Shown here: piece by piece, positions 23,599 to 33,795 of the stretch
Layout: each line of letters opens with the position of its first letter
Numbering within the stretch: the first letter of the stretch is position 1
NCBI GenBank assembly: GCA_025594325.1
Contig: JANHCV010000015.1
Span: forward strand, 1 to 64,000
Direction: 5' to 3'
Source of the DNA: Blastocladiella emersonii ATCC 22665
Lineage: Eukaryota; Fungi; Blastocladiomycota
Length of the DNA stretch: 64,000 nt
Translations under genes and position numbers: made by a program
Notes under the pieces: model-generated
What the model was told of the DNA's origin: nothing
Database searches by the model: none
Seen by the model: the letters and a program-made list of their open reading frames with translations, nothing else

Positions 23599-26473
23599 AT
23601 GGATCAACCACTCAACTTTGCCTCGCTTCCCATCGAACTTGCCGCAACTGTCGCGGTCCTGTGCACGCCCTCGTCTCGGATCGCGAGCGCTGCACGCGTC
23701 CTCGCGGATGCTGTGCTCAATCAACGGTTGCTCCTTCTTTCTTGGTTCAATCGCTCCAGCCTGCCTCTCTCCGCTATTCTCGGAGAAGCCGCGCGCTCTG
23801 ATGGCTTCGATCTCTCTCCCGAAGCCTTGCAACGGCTGTCCCCCGTTGCGCGGTGCGCTATCCCAGCGATCGCACTTGGCGGCCGTTTCGATGGGCTTCC
23901 GCGCCCACCCCTTCACTTTAAGCTCTTTCACGCGCTCTTGAAGTCATCCCGCCGACTTCCAACCGCTCAACAACGCACGCTCCTGACTCGCGCCTGTGCT
24001 CGTTCTGGGCCCACGATCGATTGCGAGGCCGATGCCAAGGAAAGCTTCGTTATGGACACTATTGTTCTCACAATGTTCTTTGAAGCAACCGGAGACGTGG
24101 AAGCCTTTGACTGCGCGCTCGCAGCTTTGGCTCGCTCGTTTCCTACTATCATGACTGAGACCCGCGCGCCACTGCAGCAAATGCGCTTCGGTATAACGGA
24201 GCGTGCGTAGCAGAGCGAACGGGAGACGGCCGTGTGTCGACCCAGAAGCCGCCTCGTCCGCCGCGCGGCGCCACAGCGGTTGTCGGTGCCCCGCCGCACG
24301 CTGTGGCGCCGCGCCACTTCCCTCCTCGCCTTTACGTCATCCAGCGGCCCACGTGACGACCTGCGCCACCATCCTTCCCTCTTCTCCGCGGTCGCCCCTC
24401 GGCCGATGCTCGCTCCCTTGTGACCGCCACCGTCTACCACACGTTTGTCTTCGCTTCCCGCCCAACCCACTCCTGCTCTTCCTGTCACGTCTGGGCCGCT
24501 GGCGTCCCCTCCCCTAGCCGTGGGATCGCTGCTCCTCGTGGCCCTCCCTCGCCCCGCGCCGCGCGCTTGGCGAGGTCGACGCGGCCCGCGGTCGCACGCA
24601 CCCTGGGGACCGAGCCTCACCTCGGTACGGCGAGTCCGCCGTTCCTCGGCGGGCGCTACTCAGCTTTTCGCTGGTCCCCAACGCGCGCGTAGCGGATCTA
24701 CGCATCACCTCCTTCACCTTCACCTTCACCGCCTGCCCCCGCTCCTCGATCCTCTCGCCGGCCGGCACCTAATCTCCGTCACCATCTTTCCGCTCTCCCA
24801 CTCCTCTCCTTCGCCTTCGCTCGCATCACACCCTCGCCTCCTGCCCGCTTTCCTCCGCACACCCTCTCGTTCGCCTGCCATCGTCTGCTTTCATATATCG
24901 GATTCTGTTTCTCCCAAGCGGCTTCGCCAGGGCGATACTCAAGTGGATTCCCAATCACACCCACAGCTTCCTCTCTGATTTTGATCGCCTCTGGGACGGA
25001 CTGGAACATCCATCGTTCACGACCGCCGAGGTAACGAGCGCCAACGTGTTTTCTCGCTTCTCCATCGCTGCCGTGATGCACATGAACGGCGAAGCGCTCG
25101 AGATCATCTTGCGACACCATCCTCGCCCAGGTTCGGCTGTCGACTTCCTGGCGTCACCTAACGTGTACCCCGCGTTCTTTGGGCGCATCGACGACTATCC
25201 GGTCGGGGCCGCAATCAACACGCTTGACTGGCTAGTACGTCATGGCTGGGCACCGCAAGTCGCGTCAACGGGCCCCTTGCACATGATGGTACCTTGCGTC
25301 GCCATCAGCTCGTACCTTGACCCGCGACGCTTGGACTCCGCGACCCTCCTGCGCTTTTTCAAGACTTACGACCTGTCTCGCCTCAGTGGGGCACCCGACG
25401 CGATGCAGCGCGAACTCTTTTCCGACGGCTTGGCCCAGTGGGCTGCTGCGGGCCACGCTGGCGCTGTCATCGAGATTACGCACTTGTTGCCTTGGCTCAA
25501 CCAAATCCAATACTCGCCGCGTCTCGCGACCGGTATGGTTGAGGCCGAGTACCCCGAAACGGCGGATTTCATGAAGTCTCTTGATTGCATGCAGAGCGAA
25601 GACGTGCAACGGTTCTTTCAGCTTATGCTGCGCTCAGCAAACGAGTTGACCGGCGGATTGTACTCGGCGGCACCAGGGCTCTTCGCACGGATCATTCAAA
25701 TGGCGATCGGGCGGCTTGGTCAGTTGAAAACTATTGATCGCGTCTTTGCAGAACTCGACGTGATTGCTGACCGCGCTTTTGGGCACGATCTCGACTTGCT
25801 CGGGATTGGCGGTCTCGAAAACCGGATCAGGTTTGCAGCCGAGTTGAACTTTGATCCATCGAAAACGGATTGTCTCGAAGCACTCGCAACTACCCTGGTA
25901 CCAGTCCTTGCCGAGCCCAATGCCAAGGCTCTCATCGCGACAGTGATCCCCGAGGGGGCAGCTGGCCGCGAGTCGTGGTCAAGCATTTATGCGGGATTCT
26001 TCCTCGCCCTTTCAAACGAGTGCACGTGGGGGACTTGGCATTTTGCTATCGGTCAAAACTACACGCATCCGAGGTGTGTGCTGATGCACCACGATCAGCT
26101 GCTCCCCGCGTGGCGCGCGTTCCTTGCCATGTGCCCTCTCGAAGCCGTCAACATGAATTACGAGGACGACAACAACCTTGACGAGCAGCTCATGTTCGCG
26201 CCAACTTCCATTCATCGCTCCATGATGGGGAGTGGGATTCGAGTTCCACTGCCTCAAGACTGGGATACGGAGCGAGAGAAGGAGGGGTGTGGCGAGATGC
26301 TTCACGCAGCTGCGGCTCATGCGCCTGATCGGTTCGCCGAACACATGCTCGCTCAGTGCAACTACGACCCCGATTGTATCGAGAACCTCCCAAACGTCTT
26401 TCTCGACGGATCGCTCGATTGGTACATTGCCGGATCTTCCCTTGAAGGGCCCTTGGAGGAGGATTGGTCGTAG
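23599..26473 (+). pseudogene. F-box-like family copy 1, interrupted by a ~754 bp insertion (about 24184-24937)
   Basis: N-half MDQPLNFASLPIELAATV...LPRPPL...TMFFEAT...PLQQM. The C-half resumes in frame at LKWIPNH...HMNGEALEIILRHHPRPGS and runs to 26473. Together they reconstruct a full-length copy. Confidence 0.75.
24184..24937. other. Insertion of unknown origin within family copy 1
   Basis: Absent from the homologous position in the other copies. GC-rich left part and CT-rich right part; no TIR or exact TSD seen. Confidence 0.65.
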
Positions 26474-26824
26474 CGGCCTACACCAGCTGCGTCAGTTTGG
26501 TGCTGTATTGCCTGGGTGGACAATGGGCAGAATATTTTTATTACTAGGACCTCCACGAGAGAAGAGAGCCAGAACCCTCCTGGCGCACCGCGACACGCAG
26601 CGCTCCGCACTCATCCACTTCAACTCGTGATCGCGACCGCAAACCTGGTTGGAAGAGGTTCGGAGAGACAAGTCCTTGCTCTTGATTGAAACAATCCACG
26701 CATGAGGTGAGCGCAGCAGTTCTCGAAGCTAGTTATCCTGCCCTGAAAGCGCGTTGGTCATGCGAGCGTGACACCCACGTGAAACGCTTCGGCGTGGCGC
26801 AGGGGCTTGCGCAGCCGAAAACAA

Positions 26825-26887
26825 CGGCGGCGCACCGTGAAACGCTCTCTCTCTCGTACCGCGCCACCCCATGTATCAAATGAAAAA
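26825..26887 (+). promoter_or_regulatory. Conserved upstream motif of the family, copy 2
   Basis: cggcggcgcaccg...cgctctctctctc...ATGtatcaaATGaaaaa|ATG. Confidence 0.7.
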
Positions 26888-28939
26888 ATGAATCAACCGC
26901 TTACTCTACACTTGCTCCCCGATCAACTTGTTGCCCGCGTTCTTGCCTGTGCAACACCTGCGCTTCGGACCGTTTGCGCGTCTCAAGTTCTGGCCGACAT
27001 TGCATGCGGCGACGGTGTCCTTTCGCTGGTCTGGTTCAACCGTGTCGGCTTGCAGCTGTCGAAAATCTTGCTAGCGGCTGTGCCTTCTGATGGCTTTGCT
27101 CCCGATCGCGTTGCTGTCCACCACTCGGCGCTTACTCAGTGCGCGATCGCCGACATTTCCTTGCGCGCTTGCGGAATCGACGCCCTTCCTCGTCCCCCGC
27201 TACACTCCAATCTGCTTCAAGCGCTACTCAAGACCTGTCGGAAGCTCTCCGGGTTTTTGGAGTGGGCCGCGGTCTTGACCGCCGCTCCAGACACGACCAA
27301 CGAACCCTCTACTGGACTTCTGGTCGACGCAATCACACTTATCTTGTACCTCGAAGCAGCCCACGAAGCAAGCGAGCTCGACTCGGCGCTCTCCGCCCTG
27401 ATCCACCGGCTTCCTGAGCTAGCTCTCGAAGCACATGCCCCGCTTCACGACCTGGTCAACCTGATGCCTGACCACACCGGCGCCTCGCAGATCGGTCTCG
27501 AACCGCTCTGGCTCGCCTTCTACAACTCGCAGCAGCAGATTTCTGACATGGTTTCGACCGACCTTTTGTCGCTTGTTGCGATCTCGGCAGCGCTTCACAT
27601 GAACCGCGAGTCTCTCGAAGTCGTCATCAAGCACCACCCGCGCCCCGACTCGATTTTCAGGTTTCTTTCCTTGCCGAGCGTCCATGTCGGCTTCCTCCGG
27701 TGTGTCAACAACTACTCGCTCGATAATGTGTCTTGCTTCCTGAATTACCTGCTTGGCCATGGCTGGGCGCCGCATGAAGTCGCCGATGGAGATTCCTTCC
27801 TTTCGTCCGCGGTGATTTCCAGTCACGTCAAGCCGGAACCTTCCAACGCCGAGCTATTTCTCCACCTCTTCGAAAAGTACGACAACCCTCGGCTTGGCAG
27901 CTTAAGCAACGAGAGTCAGCGGACCCGCTTCTGTAACGCACTTGGCGGGTGGATGATCGCGGGCCAGCTCGACCCCGTTCTTGCGGTTGCAAGCGAGTGG
28001 CCATGGCTCGTTGATCCTGCGCACCAGTACTGGGACTCGCTTGTGATCCAGCTCCTTGGTGCCAATGCGCCCGATGTAGATGTTGGTCGGCTCCTTCTTG
28101 ACAAGCAGGGCGGTGAACTGCGCCGATTCCTGGAGCTCATGTTCAGCGAAGTTGGCGTTTATTACTCGGTGCGACCGGACCTCTACGCAAAGCTCATTTC
28201 ACTCGCGGTCGAGCGGTGCGGCAAGGCTTCCGCCGTTGAGCTCGTCGCAAGTTACACTTTCATCATCGTTAATGCCAAGCTTGGCCTCGACCTCGAACTT
28301 TTGGGGATCGGCGGCCTTGATGCCCGTGTCACGTTCGCGGGCCGTCTCATCAGACTGCAATCGGCCAGGGACGTTGATTTTAGCGACGAAATCCTTAATG
28401 CGATCGCGACCTGTCTCATTCCTGTCCTTCGTTCCGAAGATGCCGACGCTCGCATTGCATCGCTGATTCAGACTGGCCCTGGGAGCGGCACTCGATGGAC
28501 GATCGTATACGCTGCATTTCTTTCTGCCGCGGCGAACGAGTGCGCTGACCGGCCTTGGGTGCGAACCAAGCGTCTTTTCCTTGACACAAACGAGCTCGTC
28601 TCGGCGTGGCGCAGATTTCTTGCCATGTGTCCTCCCAAAGCCATCTACCCGACCCATGACTTGCTCGTCCTCCAGCAATTCAGGGACTTGCTTGGCGCAC
28701 TCAAACGTGTTCTGATTCCGCCACCCATGAGACGTGGGGCAGACATTTCAGCGGAGGCGAAGGCCCTTGCAACTCAAATGCTCCACGCGGCAGCAGCTCA
28801 CGCGCCAGACGGGCTGGCTAAGTTCTTGGCCAACAACATTTTTGGCGACGCACAGGAGCTGACGTGCCTGCGCGACATCTTTCCCAACGGTTTTCTCGAG
28901 AAACAGCTGGCGACGAAGCGCGGCAGATCCTTCAAGTAA
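26888..28939 (+). CDS. F-box-like family copy 2 (intact, intronless, about 683 aa)
   Basis: MNQPLTLHLLPDQLVARVL is F-box-like. Family motifs: WFN, LPRPPL, DAITLILYLEAA, HMN.ESL....HHPRPDS, GW.P, LGIGG, AWRRFLAMCP, LHAAAAHAP, FPNG. Confidence 0.85.
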   Translation: MNQPLTLHLLPDQLVARVLACATPALRTVCASQVLADIACGDGVLSLVWFNRVGLQLSKILLAAVPSDGFAPDRVAVHHSALTQCAIADISLRACGIDALPRPPLHSNLLQALLKTCRKLSGFLEWAAVLTAAPDTTNEPSTGLLVDAITLILYLEAAHEASELDSALSALIHRLPELALEAHAPLHDLVNLMPDHTGASQIGLEPLWLAFYNSQQQISDMVSTDLLSLVAISAALHMNRESLEVVIKHHPRPDSIFRFLSLPSVHVGFLRCVNNYSLDNVSCFLNYLLGHGWAPHEVADGDSFLSSAVISSHVKPEPSNAELFLHLFEKYDNPRLGSLSNESQRTRFCNALGGWMIAGQLDPVLAVASEWPWLVDPAHQYWDSLVIQLLGANAPDVDVGRLLLDKQGGELRRFLELMFSEVGVYYSVRPDLYAKLISLAVERCGKASAVELVASYTFIIVNAKLGLDLELLGIGGLDARVTFAGRLIRLQSARDVDFSDEILNAIATCLIPVLRSEDADARIASLIQTGPGSGTRWTIVYAAFLSAAANECADRPWVRTKRLFLDTNELVSAWRRFLAMCPPKAIYPTHDLLVLQQFRDLLGALKRVLIPPPMRRGADISAEAKALATQMLHAAAAHAPDGLAKFLANNIFGDAQELTCLRDIFPNGFLEKQLATKRGRSFK

Positions 28940-29127
28940 GCTCTCCTTTGCTCTCAGCCAAACTGGCGCCAAGCTGACACCGGCCCACTAGCTCCTTCAC
29001 AGTCCACAGAATACATGTTTTACATTCTAATGCATCAAGTTACAGGGTAGAGTTTGCAACACCCAAACGAGGTGGCGGTGCAAGAGGGTCGCAGAAGACA
29101 GCGAGGCGTCTGAAAACAGCTACCACG

Positions 29128-29185
29128 CGTCGCGGAGCGCTCTCTCTCCCGCAACGCGACACCACTGAATGAATCGAATGAAAAA
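29128..29185 (+). promoter_or_regulatory. Conserved upstream motif of the family, copy 3
   Basis: gcgctctctctccc...ATGaatcgaATGaaaaa|ATG. Confidence 0.7.
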
Positions 29186-31273
29186 ATGCATCCGCTTGAT
29201 CTGGACTCGCTGCCTCACGAAATACTCGAGCGTGTCTTAACACTGGCTCGTCCCTCGCTACGAGTCGTCAACGCCTCGCGCGTACTTGCACAAGCTTCAT
29301 TCAACTCCCGCATACTCGTGCTTGGTTGGTTCAACGACGTTGCCGACCATCTCGCGGATTTCCTTGTCAACAATGTGTTGAAGCGATTCAATGGTCACTA
29401 CTGTACTCACGGGACTGCCCTTGCCCGGTGCGCATGCGCCGCGATTACTTTAAAGAATTACTTTGGCAGTCTCCCGCGCCCGCCGCTCAACGCGAAGCTA
29501 TTTCGCGCCTATCTCCGGTCGTGCACTCCGATCTCTCCAAAGCGGCAGCGCGATATTCTTTCCTTCTACAACGAAGGCGGTGTTTTGCCGCTGAAATTCG
29601 AGGAATCAGCGTTTGTCATCATCGACGCGCTGAGTCTCATCGTGTACTTCGAAGCAACAGAGAACTTAACCGATCTCAAGCTCGCGCTTCATGATCTGGC
29701 TCACTCGCTGCCCGTGTTCACGCTTGAGAACCCAATTTCCCTGCACACGATGCTGGAATGGGTCCCAGATTGCACGCCGCGCGTAAGGAATGCCCTCAAT
29801 CAACTCCGGCGCAGCATTCCTATCCGTGCACCGAGCTCCATGCAGTTTGCGAGGCTCGATTTCCTAACCTTCCTTGCCCTCTTGGCCGCTACCCACATGA
29901 ACCTCGAGACGCTCAAGGCCCTTGTCGAGCACCACCCGCGACCTGATTCCGTTATCGAAGCCCTTATGGTGCCTAACGCGTACGGAACATTTCTACAATG
30001 CGTAAACAACCACCCACTTGAAATGGTCACGCGCTTGCTCGACTGGCTGATCGAGCGCGGTTGGGTCCCCAAAGACCCAATGTCGGAAAAGACGTACCCC
30101 TCATGCGTTGCCGTCAGTAGCTACCTTGAACCAGAGGTTACCGATCCCGATGCTTTCCTGCACCTTTTTCGAACTTACGATAGCGCTCGCCTCAATGGTG
30201 CACTAAGCGACGCGCAACGGATGTCCTTTTGTCGGGCTTTGGGGAAATGGATCGACAAGCGCCACTTTGACCCCGTTCTCGCGATTGCTCGCGAGTGTCC
30301 CTGGATCGCGGGACCCGAGCACTGGGGGTCTCTTGTCATGCAAGCCATCGAGTTGGACCCACCGGTCGCCGACCTTGGCTGCTTCTTCCTCGACAAGGAG
30401 GGCGATCAGTTGCAGCAGCTCTTCGCTGCGTTGCTTCACGAGATTCGAGTGCAATCAGGCGGGACTTACGCCGAAAACTCAGAGCAGTACTCTCGCATTA
30501 TTGCTCTTGCGGTTGAGCGTTGTGGCTCAGCTGCAGCCGCTGCGGCTGTCATGGAACACCTTGGTTCAATCGCTGACACCAAGTTTGGCCTTGAGTTCGA
30601 CTCGCTAGGGATCGGTGGCATGGAGGCCCGGCTCACATTTGCAGCCCGTCTCATTAAGCTGCTACGCGAGGCTGCTTCCAGCGACTCTCAATCCTTGCTC
30701 AACGCGCTTGCGACACTCTTGATTCCTGTCCTCGAAGCGCAAAACGCCGAAAGTCACTTCGCGACGCTCCTTCCTGTAAGCAACGCGAGCTGCTCACATT
30801 ACCCGACCGTTTACGCAGCGTTTCTTGTGACTGCTGCCGACGAGTGTTTGCTCCGGATCCGAACGTTATCCCAACGAGGCAGTTCGGAGCCGTCCTTCGA
30901 TGACAGGATGGTCCGCGCTTGGACAGCGTTTCTCGCCTTCTGCCCGCCCGAGGCTGTCAATCAGACAGATGAGCTCGTCCTCGGGTGGACGCGTGATGCG
31001 ATCCGCTCCATTCAGCGCGCTGCGATTAAAGGTCAGATCCGCGGTCTGAAATCTCATGTCAAAGCGCCCGGGTATGCAGCGGCGGCCAGCTTCATTCGCG
31101 CAGCGGCAGCCCACGCTCCGCTCCGGTTTGCGGAGCTTGTGATTGTGCAATGCGAGGAGGGCTTGCCGGCCCTCGTGGACATGAAGAAACTCTTCCCCAA
31201 ACGCTCCATCGACAGCTACCTGGATCAGCTCTACAACGACATGGAGGACGAGACCCTTGATATTGGCGAGTAG
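29186..31273 (+). CDS. F-box-like family copy 3 (intact, intronless, 695 aa)
   Basis: MHPLDLDSLPHEILERVLTL followed by the same ordered family motifs as copy 2. Confidence 0.87.
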   Translation: MHPLDLDSLPHEILERVLTLARPSLRVVNASRVLAQASFNSRILVLGWFNDVADHLADFLVNNVLKRFNGHYCTHGTALARCACAAITLKNYFGSLPRPPLNAKLFRAYLRSCTPISPKRQRDILSFYNEGGVLPLKFEESAFVIIDALSLIVYFEATENLTDLKLALHDLAHSLPVFTLENPISLHTMLEWVPDCTPRVRNALNQLRRSIPIRAPSSMQFARLDFLTFLALLAATHMNLETLKALVEHHPRPDSVIEALMVPNAYGTFLQCVNNHPLEMVTRLLDWLIERGWVPKDPMSEKTYPSCVAVSSYLEPEVTDPDAFLHLFRTYDSARLNGALSDAQRMSFCRALGKWIDKRHFDPVLAIARECPWIAGPEHWGSLVMQAIELDPPVADLGCFFLDKEGDQLQQLFAALLHEIRVQSGGTYAENSEQYSRIIALAVERCGSAAAAAAVMEHLGSIADTKFGLEFDSLGIGGMEARLTFAARLIKLLREAASSDSQSLLNALATLLIPVLEAQNAESHFATLLPVSNASCSHYPTVYAAFLVTAADECLLRIRTLSQRGSSEPSFDDRMVRAWTAFLAFCPPEAVNQTDELVLGWTRDAIRSIQRAAIKGQIRGLKSHVKAPGYAAAASFIRAAAAHAPLRFAELVIVQCEEGLPALVDMKKLFPKRSIDSYLDQLYNDMEDETLDIGE

Positions 31274-31576
31274 CCGACGCGGTTCGCGAATCTAGTTGCC
31301 GGGTTTTTTTTCTCCGAATAAATCTTATGTAAAAAATGCCGTGATGAGGACGCAAATTGGTCGGCGACCCTTTTGTTCCGTCCTGGTCCACCTCGTCGTG
31401 CATCATCGCGATGAACTATAAAACTAGCCTCACTATACCTCAAGGCTTTCAATGCGCGTTGCATGGGCGCGCGGAGGCAGGGGTGAGGAGGTCGCGCGAG
31501 TCGCGTTGCGCCACAGTCTGACCGAGCTGCCACGGGCATCACCCCAGCGTCACCGGCTGAGTCGCGGTCAAGGCAC

Positions 31577-31639
31577 GGCGGCGCACCGCAAACCGCTCTC
31601 GCTCTCCCACACCCGCGATCCGATGTATCACATGAAAAT
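31577..31639 (+). promoter_or_regulatory. Conserved upstream motif of the family, copy 4
   Basis: cggcggcgcaccgcaaaccgctctcgctctccc...ATGtatcacATGaaaat|ATG. Confidence 0.7.
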
Positions 31640-33611
31640 ATGACCCTTGCTTCTCTACCCGACGATATACTTGCGCTTCGTCACCGCACTCTGCGTGCCC
31701 TCGTCTCGGACCGCACGCGCTTCGCGAATCCTGGCGAACGCTACAGTCGACCGCCCGGCCATCCTGCTCGCTTGTTCAACTGCGCTGGGGGTACCCTCGC
31801 CAGCCAAATTCGCAGGGCTATACCCGAGCGTCGCCAGTCGTATGATTACATCCCCGAGTTCGGATCGGTCGTTGCCCGATGCGCGAGTGCATCGCTTGCG
31901 CTGCAGGAACATGGTGTCGAATACCACATCTCCTCCCACTCAACACCAAACTTTTTGACGCACTCATGCGGCCTTATCGGTGCATCTCTGCTGCGCGCTA
32001 GCGCGCGCTCTCGGACCGCATCGCAGCTTCAGTGGGCGAGTGGAAGGATACCGCGGTGGGTCACGTCATCGACGCTGTTACCCTTGCTCTGTACTTCGAA
32101 GCAACCGAGAACCTGTCCGAACTCAACCACGCGCTGGCAGCGCTGATCTGCGCACTTCCTGTGCTTGCCATCGAGGCGAGCATTCCGCTACAGACGATGC
32201 TGGGGAGGATTCCGGAACATGAGTCCCGGTAAGCTGAGGCGTGCGCTTGACCAGCATACCACGATCGCAGGCAAACCGCTTCTCGCCGATGTGCTCACGC
32301 TTGTCGCAATTTCGGCGGCCTTCACATGAAAGTCGGGGTACTCGAGACCGTCTTCAAACATCACCAGCGTCCTGACTCAATCATTTCAACCCTAGAGGTC
32401 CCTTGCGTTTATTACACCTTCCTTGCGTCCATCGATCTGTGCAATTTCGACGAATCCCGCGACGTCCTCGACTGGCTTTTCAGCAGCGGTTGGACACCGC
32501 AAGTTGCCTTGGTCGCCGTTGAGGTTGACGGGCACGTCCCTTGTGCCGCGATGTGCGCCTACTTCAAGCCGGATTTCTTAACCGACGACGAACTGCTCGA
32601 CATGTTCGAGAATTACGACCGTGCTCGCCTCGCTGGGCTGGCCGACGAGAATCAACGCGAGATGATTCGCGACATGCTCCTGCGCTGGATCGGCACGGGA
32701 CGCTTCACGTCTGTCCTCACGATTCTCCAACCGTGGCCGTGGCTAGTCGAGCCGCGTACTTGATCCTGTTCACGACCCAAATGATCAAGTCGGGATGTCC
32801 CAAGTCGGTTTTGGACGAACTTGTTCTTTTCGCTCCGGATCGCTACGCGTTACAGGTTCTGCTTGGTTTCGCGCTGCAATCGGTACCGAACCTCTACAAA
32901 CCCGCTTTGTGAGTCTATTCGCGCCTTCTTTCGCACGCCATGGATCGGTGCGGCTGGGATGCGACGCTCGAACTTGTTCTGGAGCACCTCCATCACTTCG
33001 CAGATCACACCTTTGCCTTGGACCGAGACTCGCTTGGGTTTGGTGCGACCAATGTTCGCCTTGTCATCGCGAGTCGGCTTGTCGAGTGCTTGTGTGGCGA
33101 AGGAGGCGCTTACAGAGAAGCCCCCCTCAGCGCGCTCGGAACAATCCTGATTCCTGTTGTGATGGAGCCGAACGGCGTCGAGTTGCTTGCCCAGCTGATC
33201 CACGCAGACGACGAAATCCTTTTTCAATGGTTGTTCTTGTACGCGGCCTTCATCACGGCCGTCCGAGACTCTGAATTCCACTTCTCCACGCGTGGTCCCC
33301 GTGGCCACGCTGCCCCCGCATGGTACAAGTTCTTAGCCGTGTGTGCCCGCCCGAAGTCGCCAATGTCGAGGACCCAGAGTTTGTCAAGGTGGTGTCAAAA
33401 CCACTCGGCACCATTTCAACTATGTTCTCATGAACACGGAGCCCGAAAGCAGTTACCTGGCGCTTGCCAAACAGTTGCTTCGCGCAGCGATCAACCATTC
33501 TCCTGCTGGCTTCGTTGCGCTCCTCAATCACCTGTGCAAGGGCGACGCACGCACCTTATTTTGCACTGTCTGTTTCCTGATGGCTCCATGGACTGGACCC
33601 TGTACGACTGA
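31640..33611 (+). pseudogene. F-box-like family copy 4, multiply frameshifted
   Basis: Family motifs are spread over different frames: MTLASLPDDIL; VPSSRTARASRILA; DAVTLALYFEAT; FKHHQRPDS; LLRAAINHSP; LFPDGSMDW. Internal stops near 32230 and 32761. Confidence 0.85.
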
Positions 33612-33795
33612 TGCATTTGATATAAAACGGTTTGCGGGTCTGCGGTGATGGACGTAGTGATCGCGTGTGGGTGGTACTCGCGATCGTTATGGAGCGAGTA
33701 ATAGGTTTACATTGATGGTGCGAGATTGCACACGAGAGCGCCGCGCGCGGGAGCTATCAAAACGGGCGGCTGCGAAGCGAGTGGGAGGGGAGCGT

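Noticed and set aside
23599-33611. RIP or CpG-deamination as the cause of the low GC in the array
   Set aside because: CG dinucleotides remain abundant by eye, the two IR arms are not mutated, and two long ORFs are intact. A formal dinucleotide count was not possible.
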